64,000 nt of DNA from Candidatus Moraniibacteriota bacterium (GCA_028688415.1 JAQTYF010000001.1:144627-208626), one strand, 5' to 3'; shown: positions 45,767 to 56,434, counted from the stretch's first letter. A program made the numbers and translations. The notes: generated from the sequence alone by a model not told the origin.

Positions 45767-47734
45767 TTGCTTATGGCACAAACTTTTTATATCGAGTCAG
45801 ACGAAGAAATTATTTCCGTGATCAGTCACTTACGGAAGTCTCTCGATGAAGAGAATATTTTTGTGTTTCCCAAACGTGCACTCGTACTACAAAGTATCAT
45901 CAATTTGCGTCTTTTGGAACGAGAAGCGATAAAATGCAATAAAAAAATTATCATTGTGACACAAGATGAAGCAGGGAAGATGCTTGCTGAGAAGGCGGGT
46001 ATCGAGACACAAGACTATCTGGAAGAGTCTCTGAAAAAAGAGACGCATATCGAGTTTTCATCGCGTAATTCTGAAGCAGCCGATATTTCCAGAGAACAAT
46101 ATGGTACATCATTCTCTGATGACGAAGAAGAATCTCATTCTCTTATTTCTGCTGATACCATAGGAAGTACTGCATTTAATATGAAAAAAGAACCGAACCT
46201 TGCTTCAAAAAATATTGCCGTTGCACCATTTTCTTCTTTTGCTTCCAATACTTCATCTCCTGTAGAGAAGAAAATATCTATACGCAACGCTTCCCCAGAG
46301 AAATTGACTTCCCTCAACTCAAAGCGTACAGATATGAGTGCTCCGAGAGTCTCTGTCCGTCCTACTTTACTGCAACCAATGCGTACCGCTCTTGTCGACA
46401 ATACAAAAAAACCACTCTCACCGACTATGAGAACAACACAAGAGGAACAATTTCCTGCTCAGACACGAGAATATGGTGAACGATTGAAAAATTTTTATAC
46501 ACATACGGATACGAATCCACAGCCACAAAGAAAACAAGATACAAAGGAAAAAATACAATCTGCTACCGTCAATAAAAACGCCCGCGTTTTCTTTTTCGCG
46601 TTAGGAGGTATCTCCCTTCTTTCTGTCGTTTTTGTTGGCCTCTTCTTTCTTTTTCCGAAAGCGGATGTTCATGTGACGCCATTCAAAGATCTCCAATCTT
46701 TTGAGAAAGAATTCAACGGCAAGCTGGGTGATGATGCTCGTAATGACATAGCAATTCGTATGATCGAGAATGAGCAAGAAGTATCAGTGACCGTTGCGAC
46801 GACTGGAAAATCAGGAGGAACAGACCAGAAGTCTCATGGCACAGTCACTCTCTATAATGCTTTCAGTACAGAGCCACAATCTCTTGTTGCTACGACGAGA
46901 CTGGAAACTCCAGATGGGAAAATATTTCGATTGGAGAGTGGCATCACCCTTCCAGGGATGAAAGAAATAGATGGAAAACAAGTGCCAGGAGAAATAACCG
47001 TAGAGGTGACCGCTGATCGGGCCGGTGAAGAATATAATATTGAAGCCTCTCGTTTTTCCGTTCCTGGTTTCAAAGGAAGTCCAAAATATGAGAAATTTTC
47101 TGCTCAGTCTTCCAAAGCAATGACGGGAGGTGGAAAAAGTGGTATTTCTGATGTCTCTGTCGTGACCAAACTCGATCAGGATACTGCTTTGCGTGAGGCA
47201 AGTACGAAAGCGAAAGAAATGTTTTTAAATGACACCCGTGGAGAAATCGATGCTTCAGAAAAGATACTCCAAGAACAGATTGAGACAACTCCAACATTCA
47301 CCCCCGTATTTCCTTCTGTCGGCACGGTCGCAAATATGATCGAATACAAAGGGGTTTTCAAAGTGAAAGCTATCGTATTTTCAGAAAAGACTGTACAGCA
47401 AAAAATAGAGGATATAGTCGTACAAAATAATGAAAACGTGAAATATCGAGTCGCATCATCCAATATCACGTATGATGACTCTCTTGTGGACTTTACCATT
47501 GGGACAGTGCGTATCAAAGCGAGTGCTCGTGTGACCAAAGAATCGGTTATTGATATCGAGAAATTGCGTTCGATGCTTGCTGGCAAAGATATGCCAAGTA
47601 TCGAACAGTCACTGAAAGATTTTCCTGAACTGAAGAGTATTCGCATCACGTTTTATCCGAAATGGTTTGTCAGTCACATACCAAAATCTGAAGAAAAAAT
47701 ATCCCTTACTGTCGATCCAGCAGAAAATCGGTAG
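45767..47734 (+). CDS. hypothetical membrane-anchored protein (655 aa): cytoplasmic N-domain, S/T/P-rich linker, one TM, large C-terminal domain
   Basis: TM ARVFFFALGGISLLSVVFVGLFFLF at ~aa 275; low-complexity linker aa 110-270. Confidence 0.5.
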   Translation: MLMAQTFYIESDEEIISVISHLRKSLDEENIFVFPKRALVLQSIINLRLLEREAIKCNKKIIIVTQDEAGKMLAEKAGIETQDYLEESLKKETHIEFSSRNSEAADISREQYGTSFSDDEEESHSLISADTIGSTAFNMKKEPNLASKNIAVAPFSSFASNTSSPVEKKISIRNASPEKLTSLNSKRTDMSAPRVSVRPTLLQPMRTALVDNTKKPLSPTMRTTQEEQFPAQTREYGERLKNFYTHTDTNPQPQRKQDTKEKIQSATVNKNARVFFFALGGISLLSVVFVGLFFLFPKADVHVTPFKDLQSFEKEFNGKLGDDARNDIAIRMIENEQEVSVTVATTGKSGGTDQKSHGTVTLYNAFSTEPQSLVATTRLETPDGKIFRLESGITLPGMKEIDGKQVPGEITVEVTADRAGEEYNIEASRFSVPGFKGSPKYEKFSAQSSKAMTGGGKSGISDVSVVTKLDQDTALREASTKAKEMFLNDTRGEIDASEKILQEQIETTPTFTPVFPSVGTVANMIEYKGVFKVKAIVFSEKTVQQKIEDIVVQNNENVKYRVASSNITYDDSLVDFTIGTVRIKASARVTKESVIDIEKLRSMLAGKDMPSIEQSLKDFPELKSIRITFYPKWFVSHIPKSEEKISLTVDPAENR

Positions 47735-47787
47735 ACTTGTCGGAAAGAAACATTTTTGTTAGAATACTTTTTTGATGAAGATACCCT

Positions 47788-48057
47788 ATGTCCAATGATA
47801 TAATGGCAGATAAATCCGATCGAGTACGAGCAGTGCGTGAAGCTCAGTTTAATCTTTTTGATCTGCAATCCAGCGAGAAGAAATTTGAACGATCATGTGC
47901 TGATTTGGAACAAGAAATACACAGAATAGAGATTCAGATGTCTCGACTCAAAGCAGAGCTCGAACACAAGCAGTCTCTTCTTAAATCAGCGAAACAGAAA
48001 CTGCAGTCAGCCCAAGAAGCATCGGCGCAAGCGAAGAAAAAAATGAATAGTTTGTAA
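47788..48057 (+). CDS. small coiled-coil protein (ZapB-like, speculative)
   Basis: 89 aa, heptad-rich (EQEIHRIEIQMSRLKAELEHKQSLLKSAKQKLQSAQE). Confidence 0.35.
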   Translation: MSNDIMADKSDRVRAVREAQFNLFDLQSSEKKFERSCADLEQEIHRIEIQMSRLKAELEHKQSLLKSAKQKLQSAQEASAQAKKKMNSL

Positions 48058-48098
48058 CTGAGAGTATCAGAGAAATACCGTAATCAGAAAAAAAGGCT

Positions 48099-49982
48099 AT
48101 GAAAGATATCCGTACAATTTATTTGGAATTTTTTGAATCGAAAAACCATAAACAAGTTCCTTCGTCACCACTCGTTCCAGAGAACGATCCGACGACACTT
48201 TTCACGGGTTCTGGTATGCAACCGATTCTCCCATATCTCCTCGGAGCAAAGCATCCGATGGGTTCTCGTATTACTGATGCTCAAAAATGTTTTCGTGCTC
48301 AGGATATTGAAGAAGCGGGGGATAATCGTCACACGACTTTTTTTGAAATGCTCGGAAATTGGTCATTTGGTGATCCGACTGCAACCGATGCTATTGGTGA
48401 ACAGGGTTATTTCAAACAGGAGCAGATTACCTGGATGTGGCAATTTCTGACAGAAGGCATTGGTCTCGATCCGAAAAATCTCTACTTTACATGTTTTCGA
48501 GGAAACGAAGATCTCAATATTCCCAGGGATATAGAATCGGCTCTCCTCTGGCAGAAACTCTTTCGAGAAAAGGGTATTGAGGCAATGATAGGGGAAGATC
48601 CGGAAAAAAACGGAATACGAACAGGTGAAAAAATATTTTATTATTCTGAAAAGAAAAACTGGTGGAGTCGTGCGGGTGTACCAGGAAATATGCCGGTCGG
48701 TGAACCAGGAGGACCAGACACGGAAATGTTCTGGGATTTTGGTGAATCACAAGGGCTCCACGAACAATCCATTTGGAAAGATGAACCGTGTCATGTGAAT
48801 TGCGATTGTGGTCGATTTATGGAAATCGGCAACAATGTGTTTATGGAGTACAAAAAAACGACGACTGGTTTCGAAAAACTCGCTCAGAAAAATGTCGATT
48901 TTGGTGGAGGTCTCGAACGGCTTGTCGCAGCGCAGGGGAATAATCCAGATATGTTTCTCGGATATATCTTTGATACGCTTCGTCAGACTATCGAAGAACT
49001 TTCTTCGAAGAAATATGGTGAAAATAAAGAATACACGTATGCTTTCCGCGTCGTGATGGATCATATTCGTGCTTCGATATTTCTCATTGCAGACGGAGTA
49101 GTGCCCTCCAACACTGATCAGGGATATGTTCTTCGCAGACTCTTGCGACGAGCGGTGCGGTATGCTGATATACTCGGAATTTCTCCTCAATCACTGTCAC
49201 GATGTGTCCCGGCTATTATCAAAGAATATGCACAAGCATATGGATATCTGGAAGAGAAGAAAGGGTATATTGTTACCATCATAGATGGAGAAGAATCAAA
49301 ATTTCGAGAAACGCTGACACGTGGTATGAGAGAGCTCGAAAAACGTCTCGAAAAAAAGAGTCTGACAGGAAAAGATGCTTTTGAACTTTTTTCAACATAC
49401 GGATTCCCTCTCGAAATGACAGAAGAAATGGTGAATGAAAAAGGTGTGACTCTTAATCGAGAAGAATTCAAAAAAGAATTTACGAAACATCAAGAACTCT
49501 CACGTTCTGCAAGTGCCGGGAAGTTCAAGGGTGGACTTGCCGATCACAGTGAAATGTCAGTGAAATACCATACGGCGACACATCTCCTTCAGCAAGCATT
49601 GAGAACTGTCCTCGGCAATCATGTTACTCAGAAAGGAAGCAATATTACATCAGAACGTATGCGATTCGACTTTTCTCATCCTGAAAAAATGACTGATGAA
49701 CAAAAAAAAGAAGTGGAGAATATTGTGAATGAAAAAATCGCCGAGAAACTTCTAGTGAGTTATGAAGATTTGCCAAAAGAAGAGGCAGAAAAACTCGGTG
49801 CCATCGGACTTTTTGAGGAGAAATATGGTGATAAAGTGCGTGTGTATAAAATAGGAGCATTCAGTCTTGAGTTTTGTGGTGGCCCTCACGTAGCCAATAC
49901 GGGTGATTTGGGGCATTTCAAGATTATGAAAGAAGAGGCTTGCTCAGCTGGAGTACGTCGTATCAAAGCCATTCTTGAATAA
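48099..49982 (+). CDS. alaS: alanyl-tRNA synthetase, short form (catalytic + editing domains, no C-Ala domain)
   Basis: TGSGMQP, FEMLGNWSFGD, editing HTATHLLQQAL...C at aa ~600. Confidence 0.9.
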   Translation: MKDIRTIYLEFFESKNHKQVPSSPLVPENDPTTLFTGSGMQPILPYLLGAKHPMGSRITDAQKCFRAQDIEEAGDNRHTTFFEMLGNWSFGDPTATDAIGEQGYFKQEQITWMWQFLTEGIGLDPKNLYFTCFRGNEDLNIPRDIESALLWQKLFREKGIEAMIGEDPEKNGIRTGEKIFYYSEKKNWWSRAGVPGNMPVGEPGGPDTEMFWDFGESQGLHEQSIWKDEPCHVNCDCGRFMEIGNNVFMEYKKTTTGFEKLAQKNVDFGGGLERLVAAQGNNPDMFLGYIFDTLRQTIEELSSKKYGENKEYTYAFRVVMDHIRASIFLIADGVVPSNTDQGYVLRRLLRRAVRYADILGISPQSLSRCVPAIIKEYAQAYGYLEEKKGYIVTIIDGEESKFRETLTRGMRELEKRLEKKSLTGKDAFELFSTYGFPLEMTEEMVNEKGVTLNREEFKKEFTKHQELSRSASAGKFKGGLADHSEMSVKYHTATHLLQQALRTVLGNHVTQKGSNITSERMRFDFSHPEKMTDEQKKEVENIVNEKIAEKLLVSYEDLPKEEAEKLGAIGLFEEKYGDKVRVYKIGAFSLEFCGGPHVANTGDLGHFKIMKEEACSAGVRRIKAILE

Positions 49983-50061
49983 GGAATATAACTTATCTGA
50001 AAAAGAAAAAACCCTACGATGCAGTTGCATAATAGGGTCTTGTTGTCTTAGGCCTTAGACC

Positions 50062-50811
50062 TTAGGCACACGAGTGAGAAAGGATACTGAACGCTTGTTG
50101 ATATCCTTTGACTCCAATCCAAACGGGGAGAAAATATTCTTTATTCCCTGTCCGACTTGTTTTCTCGAGAGCCTTTCCAGGGAGTGTCTCATAGCAATCG
50201 AAACCGCTATGCCGATATCGCTCCAATAGACGTCGCCGTATGGTGACGTAAAAGCCTGTCACTCCTCGTTCATGAAGATACGTGAGGAGATGGCCGAGGA
50301 ACTCGAGAGAATGCTTTGCAGACTCGGGAGTCCCTGTGATTCTGGAGATCTCGACGGAACCGAGTGGTACCGATTGAGAATTATCCAGGAGTTTGCTGAT
50401 GGGCAAATCGAGTGTGGGTGTGCTCCAAATGAGACGACACCCAGCACCTACTTGCCCTAGAGCATTGGCGAGGAGAACATAATCGCATCGACCGAAACGG
50501 TCGTAGCCATCCTGTTCCATGCCATCAGCACGTACTTCTTCCCACCCGTATTTGATGGCGAATTGTTCGTGTCGACGCCGGTAGTGGTCCTCTACCAAAC
50601 ATGTTTCCCGATCGGTTTTGAGACCCGATCGGATGATGAATGGTGTATAGTGTGTTGCCACTATAGAAGGACCCTCGTTTTTTTCGTTTGTTTCTTTGAA
50701 ACAATGCATGATATGACTCCAATGTAAGCTGTATGCCTTCCCCGGGTAAGGGGATACGAAAAAATATGGCTCACCGGGAGCAGTTTTGTTAAGAAACTGA
50801 CTATACATCAT
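50062..50811 (-). CDS. LuxI-family acyltransferase paralogue (autoinducer-synthase / N-acyl amino acid synthase-like)
   Basis: RRRHEQFAIKYGWEEVRADGMEQDGYD (RxxxFxxxxGW...ExDxYD), AGCRLI, EISR; start taken at MMYSQ (50811). ~52% GC. Confidence 0.5.
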   Translation of the reverse strand: MMYSQFLNKTAPGEPYFFVSPYPGKAYSLHWSHIMHCFKETNEKNEGPSIVATHYTPFIIRSGLKTDRETCLVEDHYRRRHEQFAIKYGWEEVRADGMEQDGYDRFGRCDYVLLANALGQVGAGCRLIWSTPTLDLPISKLLDNSQSVPLGSVEISRITGTPESAKHSLEFLGHLLTYLHERGVTGFYVTIRRRLLERYRHSGFDCYETLPGKALEKTSRTGNKEYFLPVWIGVKGYQQAFSILSHSCA

Positions 50812-50918
50812 ACTCCTTTTATAGCGTTTTGTCAATAGGACAATACAAATATAACACATTTTTTGCCTTTTATAAAGGGAAATAATACGTATGATGTACA
50901 GTACTGTTCCAATGCTGG

Positions 50919-50947
50919 TTGACAGTTTTCGAGGAATAGCGTATAGT
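50919..50947 (+). promoter_or_regulatory. sigma70-like promoter TTGACA-17-TATAGT upstream of rplU
   Basis: TTGACA 50919-50924, 17-nt spacer, TATAGT 50942-50947. Confidence 0.4.
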
Positions 50948-50992
50948 GGACAAGTAAACAAATGGCTTGTTAATAGTATTTATTTTTGGCAT

Positions 50993-51301
50993 ATGCTCGC
51001 GATTATCAGAACTGGCGGAAAGCAGTACAAAGTTTCCGAAGGACAGAAAGTGAAAATTGAAAAATTGGAAAAAGAAATCGGTGATACGATTGCTTTTGAA
51101 GTATTGTTTGTTGGTGATGAGAAGTCCGTACAGGTTGGTACTCCAGTTTTGGAAAAGGCTGTTGTCGAAGGAAAAGTGATCGATCAAGATCGTCATGACA
51201 AAGTAAAAGGTATCAAACACAAGGCCAAGAAGCGTTATCTCGTACGTTTTGGTCATCGTCAACCATATACCGAAGTAGAAATTACCAAGATTACTGCATA
51301 A
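50993..51301 (+). CDS. rplU: 50S ribosomal protein L21
   Basis: MLAIIRTGGKQYKVSEGQKVKIEKL...RFGHRQPYT. Confidence 0.9.
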   Translation: MLAIIRTGGKQYKVSEGQKVKIEKLEKEIGDTIAFEVLFVGDEKSVQVGTPVLEKAVVEGKVIDQDRHDKVKGIKHKAKKRYLVRFGHRQPYTEVEITKITA

Positions 51302-51323
51302 AAGTTTCTCCTATAAAATTTCA

Positions 51324-51360
51324 AAGCCCGTCTGGATGTTACCTGACGGGCTTTTTTTTG
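51324..51360. terminator. rho-independent terminator after rplU
   Basis: aagcccgtc...gacgggctt hairpin followed by TTTTTTTT. Confidence 0.7.
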
Positions 51361-51365
51361 AGTTT

Positions 51366-51518
51366 TCACTCACTATTTTTTTGTTCCTGTGAAGAATCAC
51401 CTTGTGTAGGCTGTTGTTGCTGGTCATCATCACTGATGACAACCAGACCTTCTTCCACGGCTTCGTAGGGGACAAAGTGCCCCTCCATGCCTGGTTCAAA
51501 CGGCACAAAAGCTGTCAT
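51366..51518 (-). CDS. possible small acidic protein (50 aa) MTAFVPFEPGMEGHFVPYEAVEEGLVVISDDDQQQQPTQGDSSQEQKNSE
   Basis: GGAG 8 nt upstream of ATG. Alternative to the 65-aa track ORF 51311..51508 in another frame; neither is certain. Confidence 0.25.
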   Translation of the reverse strand: MTAFVPFEPGMEGHFVPYEAVEEGLVVISDDDQQQQPTQGDSSQEQKNSE

Positions 51519-51598
51519 TTTCTTGCTCCTCGGTTGGTTGAAAAAAAGAAAAACGGGTGATATTACTCGTTTTGAAAGTGCTCCTACTCACAATGATA

Positions 51599-52195
51599 TT
51601 ATACCAGTTCCTTGCGATTTGTCAAGGAGGCAGTAAGGGTCATTTCATCGGCATATTCGATATCGCCACCGGTCGCCATACCACGAGCGATACGGGTCAC
51701 TTTGATATGGAGGGGCTCGAGCTTCTTCTTGAGGTAGAGAGCAGTCATATCGCCTTCGGTGGTAGGATTGGTAGCAAGGATCACTTCTGTGATGTGTTCG
51801 TCTGCGACACGATGGAGGAGTTCGCTGATACGGAGGTTGTTGCTGTTATCATTCTTCCCGCTTTCGATAAGTCCACCGAGTACGTGATAAAGACCGTTGT
51901 AGGTGCCGGTACGTTCGATGGCGATGACATCGAGTGGTTCTTCCACGAGACAGAGAACATCTGAGATACGCTTGGTATCAGCACAGATCATACAGAGATC
52001 GCTTTCGGCGATATGAAAACAACGAGTACAACTTTTCAGATGATGGAGTGCTTCGAGACTCTCTGCAAAACCCTGCAGCCGTTCCTCATCCTGTTTGAAC
52101 AGATAGAGTACGATACGTTCGGCCATTTTCGGTCCCACGGAAGGAAGGGAAGAGAAGTGTGCGATGAGTGACTGAAAAACTTTTGGATAATGCAT
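51599..52195 (-). CDS. recR: recombination protein RecR
   Basis: LPSVGPKMAERI (HhH), C4 zinc finger CTRCFHIAESDLCMIC, Toprim region. Confidence 0.9.
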   Translation of the reverse strand: MHYPKVFQSLIAHFSSLPSVGPKMAERIVLYLFKQDEERLQGFAESLEALHHLKSCTRCFHIAESDLCMICADTKRISDVLCLVEEPLDVIAIERTGTYNGLYHVLGGLIESGKNDNSNNLRISELLHRVADEHITEVILATNPTTEGDMTALYLKKKLEPLHIKVTRIARGMATGGDIEYADEMTLTASLTNRKELV

Positions 52196-52291
52196 AAAAA
52201 CAAGATGCTAGATAAGAGATAATGGATGTAAGATAAAAAAGAAAAGGGGAAAATAAGAATTTGACATCACTTATCAATTATCCCTCATCAT

Positions 52292-53653
52292 TTATCTATC
52301 ATCGTGTAGTTTCTCGAGTGATCGGAACGCAGCAGAATTGTCATCGAAGAAAAGTTGCACTTTACCGACTGGTCCATTACGGTGTTTGGCGATGATGATA
52401 TCAGCAATATTTTTGTTTGGTGTATCTGGTTTCACGCGGTCTTCACGATAGAGGAAAAGTACGACGTCAGCATCCTGTTCGATAGAACCAGACTCACGCA
52501 AGTCAGACAGTTTTGGTATCTGATCAGGACGGGATTCGACCGCACGAGACAGCTGTGAGAGAGCGATGACCGGAATATTGAGTTCGCGTGCGAGTTGCTT
52601 GAGTCCGCGAGATATTTCTGAGATTTCTTGGACACGATTGTCGCCTTTGCTACTTCGTCCTTCCATCAGCTGGAGGTAGTCGATGATGATGAGTCCGAGA
52701 TTGTGTTCTGCTTGGAGGCGTCTGGCCATTGTTCTCATTTCCATAATGTTGAGTGATCCAGAGTCATCGATGAAAATAGAGGCTTCAGAAAGCACTCCCA
52801 TAGCATCCGAGATACGCTCGAAATCATTGTCAGGACCTTCGCTTGAGAGCTTGCCCGTACGGAGTTTCCAGAGATCGACACCGGCCTGTGAAGCGATCAT
52901 ACGATCGACGAGCTGGTCAGAACCCATTTCAAGAGAGAATATACCGACAGGAACTTTGGAGTGAATACCGACTTGACGGGCGATATCGAGCGCGAGAGAT
53001 GTTTTTCCGACAGATGGACGGGCGGCGAGAATGATGAGATCGGATTTCTGGAGTCCTGCCAAAATATTATCGAGATCAGGGAAATGTGTCTGTACGCCAC
53101 GAAAGGTATTGTCGCTTTTATGGAGTTCATCGATACGATTGAAAGCTACTTCAAGAATGGATTTGATTGGTATGAAATCCTGCTTGATATAATTCTGAGA
53201 GATGGCAAATATTTTTTGTTCAGCTTGATCGAGGAGTTTCTGAATATCTTCTGATTCATCATAACCGAGTTCCACGATGTCGTTTGCCGAACTGATGAGT
53301 CTACGAAGGAGAACCTTTTTCTGCACTACTTTGGCATAATGAACGACATTTGAAGACGAAGGAACAGAATTGACGAGACTGGCGAGATAGTTCGATCCAC
53401 CAATTTCTTCGAGTTTGCTTTTTTCTTCGAGTTTGTTGGCAAGAGAGAGAACATCAATCGGCTCACGTTCTTCGTAGAGAGTGAGCATAGTCTCGTAGAT
53501 GAGATTGTGAGCGTCCTTGTAGAAATCTCCGACCTTGAGAAGGTCTGCGATTTTGATCACAGCATCTTTGTCGAGCATAAGAGAACCGAGGACAGATGTC
53601 TCAGCTTCGAGGTTGTGAGGGGGAACTCGGAGATGTTCGGTCGTTTTTGCCAT
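52292..53653 (-). CDS. dnaB: replicative DNA helicase
   Basis: Walker A ARPSVGKTSLALDIA; DnaB N-domain; RecA-like core. Confidence 0.9.
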   Translation of the reverse strand: MAKTTEHLRVPPHNLEAETSVLGSLMLDKDAVIKIADLLKVGDFYKDAHNLIYETMLTLYEEREPIDVLSLANKLEEKSKLEEIGGSNYLASLVNSVPSSSNVVHYAKVVQKKVLLRRLISSANDIVELGYDESEDIQKLLDQAEQKIFAISQNYIKQDFIPIKSILEVAFNRIDELHKSDNTFRGVQTHFPDLDNILAGLQKSDLIILAARPSVGKTSLALDIARQVGIHSKVPVGIFSLEMGSDQLVDRMIASQAGVDLWKLRTGKLSSEGPDNDFERISDAMGVLSEASIFIDDSGSLNIMEMRTMARRLQAEHNLGLIIIDYLQLMEGRSSKGDNRVQEISEISRGLKQLARELNIPVIALSQLSRAVESRPDQIPKLSDLRESGSIEQDADVVLFLYREDRVKPDTPNKNIADIIIAKHRNGPVGKVQLFFDDNSAAFRSLEKLHDDR

Positions 53654-53791
53654 GAAAGTGAAGTATGTATTTAGAGCAGTTGTTTTAGTATACTCGAGTA
53701 TTAGAGAGAATTCAACTTGACGAAAGTGATATTTTAGTATATATGTAAAGTGTGATGAAATGGTGTTTGTATTGTTCTTTAGGAGGTTTCA

Positions 53792-53989
53792 ATGAGTAGT
53801 ATAACGCTGAAGGGAACGGTGACTTCTGTCCAATTTGAATTCGCTCGTTGGATGGAAAAGGAGACAGAAGGATATGAGAAAGAAATCACAAATAGTCGAT
53901 TGACTATTTTGTCAGGTGATACCATATCACTAGAAATTTTTTTTGAAACAAAGGAAAAGGAGAAGAAAAAAGTGTGTGAAGCAGAATAA
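53792..53989 (+). CDS. hypothetical small protein (65 aa)
   Basis: Strong AGGAGG RBS 6 nt upstream of ATG. Confidence 0.35.
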   Translation: MSSITLKGTVTSVQFEFARWMEKETEGYEKEITNSRLTILSGDTISLEIFFETKEKEKKKVCEAE

Positions 53990-54030
53990 AGGGGTGGTCG
54001 TGTGAATATACGACTACCCCTTTTCATTTT

Positions 54031-55443
54031 TTAGATTTTTTTGATCTGGTAGTTATCAGCGATATCTTCTATTTTGTATCCGTGAGCGAGGATGGTATCA
54101 CGGAGACGATCGGATTCAGCAAAGTTTTTCTCTTTTCGTGCGTGCTTGCGTGCCTCGGCAAGAATAGTGACTTCTTCTGGTATAACGGTTATTTCCTGTT
54201 TCAGGCCGAAAAAGAAAAATATTTTTTCAAAAACGAGTAGAAGCGCAGACTGATTTACAGGTTCATTCCGATCCAGAATCGTATTTATTTGTTTGGTGAG
54301 TTCGAGTGCGAGAGAGAGTGCTTCTGGAGAATTGAGATCATCTTGCATGGAAAAACGTATGCGTTCGATCAGGTCTTGTCCATCAAATGCTGTGTCGATA
54401 TTTTTTTCTTTTGGAAGAGCAGAGAGACGATCAAATGTCGTGAAGAGCGTTTCTCTATTTTTCTTGGCTTGTTCGAGGGATTCCCAGGTGAAGTTCATCT
54501 GACTGCGATAATGAGCACTGAGAAGAAGAATGCGAAAATCCATCGGAGAAAATCCTTTTTCAACGACATCTTCGAGCGTGTAGAAATTACCCTTGGATTT
54601 GGACATTTTCTCGCCACTTACGAGTATGTGACGCGTGTGCATCCAGTATCGTACGAAAGGTTGTTCGGTCACACCTTCTGATTGGACGATTTCTGCTTCG
54701 TGATGAGGGAAGATATTGTCTTCTCCGCCAGTGTGAATATCGATTGTATTACCGAGATATTCCATGCTCATCGCACTACACTCGATGTGCCATCCAGGAT
54801 ACCCTTCACTCCAAGGAGAGGTCCAGTGCATGAGATGTCCCTCTGGTGCTTTGAGCCAGAGAGCGAAATCCCATGGATTTTTCTTGTCAGGATGTTCTTC
54901 GAGACGTGCGCCGACTTTCAGATTGACCAGTGTGTTACCAGACAATTTACCGTAATCAGGGAATGTCGTCACATCGAGAAAAACATTACCATTTTTTTCA
55001 TAGGCATGACCTTTTTTTATGAGTTCTTCGATGAGGTGAACCATCTGCTTTACATGAGCTGTCGCTCGAGGAAAATAGTGAGCAGGGAGGATATTCATTA
55101 CATCTTCTGTTTGGTGAAAATATGCTTCGTAGAAAAGAGCTATTTCTCCAGGTGTTTTCTTTTCTGCGCGAGCTTTCTTCTCGATTTTGTCTTCACCACT
55201 GTCACCCTGAGCGACATCATCGGAAGTGAGGTGTCCGACGTCGGTGATGTTTTTGATCATTCGTACTTCATAGCCCGCATCTTCGAGCACACGACGCAGA
55301 GTATCTGAGAACGTATAAGCACGAATATTGCCAATATGAATATATCCGTAGACGGTTGGTCCACAGATGTACATCCCGACCTTTCCGGGATTGAGAGGTT
55401 CGAATTCTTCTTTGGATTTTGTGAGAGTATTGTAGAAACGCAT
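54031..55443 (-). CDS. cysS: cysteinyl-tRNA synthetase
   Basis: CGPTVYGYIHIGN (HIGH), KMSKSKGN, zinc-binding Cys/His context. Confidence 0.9.
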   Translation of the reverse strand: MRFYNTLTKSKEEFEPLNPGKVGMYICGPTVYGYIHIGNIRAYTFSDTLRRVLEDAGYEVRMIKNITDVGHLTSDDVAQGDSGEDKIEKKARAEKKTPGEIALFYEAYFHQTEDVMNILPAHYFPRATAHVKQMVHLIEELIKKGHAYEKNGNVFLDVTTFPDYGKLSGNTLVNLKVGARLEEHPDKKNPWDFALWLKAPEGHLMHWTSPWSEGYPGWHIECSAMSMEYLGNTIDIHTGGEDNIFPHHEAEIVQSEGVTEQPFVRYWMHTRHILVSGEKMSKSKGNFYTLEDVVEKGFSPMDFRILLLSAHYRSQMNFTWESLEQAKKNRETLFTTFDRLSALPKEKNIDTAFDGQDLIERIRFSMQDDLNSPEALSLALELTKQINTILDRNEPVNQSALLLVFEKIFFFFGLKQEITVIPEEVTILAEARKHARKEKNFAESDRLRDTILAHGYKIEDIADNYQIKKI

Positions 55444-55520
55444 AGCGATAGATTATCAACAAAAAGCCATTCCACAATAACACAAAAACAAACTCCGAGA
55501 CAAATGAGCTGTTTTTTACT

Positions 55521-56429
55521 TTAGAGCCATTTTTTGAATTTGAAAATGGCGATAGTGATGACAGAGAGGAGTGCCATAAATCCTGAATGAATCCAAAAGG
55601 CAAAAGGACTGTGTCCGAATGGGATTTGCGCACTCATCGCGAGCATATTGGAATAGACGCTCATCGGCAGAAGAACAGCAGAAAAAATAGTGAGCACTTT
55701 CATCGTTAGATCGAGCTTGTTGGACAGAAGAGAATTATTGGTTGCTTCGAGTGCCTCGATAGTTTCTTTCTGACTTTCGAGAATGTTCCAGAGACGGATG
55801 TTCGTACCGATGAGATCTTGGAAATAAATTTTTATCTCAGTCGGTATGAAAGGATGATTTTTCTGAATCATTGATTCGAGAATAGAGCGTTGTGGTTTGA
55901 GTGTTCGACGAAAATTGAGAATATCTCGTTTGAGGACAGAAATTTCAAATACCATTTCTTTTTCTTGACCCGCAAAAACCTGTGTTTCGACAGAATCGAG
56001 TTTTTTCCCGATATGATTGAGTCGAGGAAAACAGGAATCGAGCAAGATCTCTATGAGATTATGAAGAAGATAGGTAGGGGTTTTTCCGAGAGAGATTCGT
56101 TTCTTCCCCTCATGTTGTTCGAGGTCTTCGAAAAATTTGTTGATTTGATAGATGCTTTGTTTGTGACTGGTGATGAGGTGATGTTCGGTAAGGATAATAT
56201 CGAGTTCTCCTGGATATGTGGTCCGATGTTCTACGTCGAAGAGAGGAATATGAATAGACAAAAAGAGACAACTGTCATATTGGACGACTTTTGGTTGATA
56301 GGTTGGTGTGATGAGTTCTTCTATTGCAAGGGGATGAATGTTGAAATTTTCTTGCAAGTAAGTGATATCATCCGTTCCTGGATCTTCGAAATCTATCCAG
56401 GTTATTTCTTTGTATTTGAGAGTTTTCAT
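55521..56429 (-). CDS. CorA-like divalent cation transporter (degenerate GMN motif)
   Basis: Two C-terminal TM helices with LLPMSVYSNML in place of the canonical YGMNF; ~300 aa soluble N-domain. Confidence 0.55.
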   Translation of the reverse strand: MKTLKYKEITWIDFEDPGTDDITYLQENFNIHPLAIEELITPTYQPKVVQYDSCLFLSIHIPLFDVEHRTTYPGELDIILTEHHLITSHKQSIYQINKFFEDLEQHEGKKRISLGKTPTYLLHNLIEILLDSCFPRLNHIGKKLDSVETQVFAGQEKEMVFEISVLKRDILNFRRTLKPQRSILESMIQKNHPFIPTEIKIYFQDLIGTNIRLWNILESQKETIEALEATNNSLLSNKLDLTMKVLTIFSAVLLPMSVYSNMLAMSAQIPFGHSPFAFWIHSGFMALLSVITIAIFKFKKWL

Positions 56430-56434
56430 TTTTT

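Noticed and set aside
50040-50062. taggccttagaccttaggc palindrome after alaS as a separate element
   Set aside because: It is most simply part of the bidirectional terminator region between the convergent alaS and LuxI-like genes, and there is not enough evidence for anything more.
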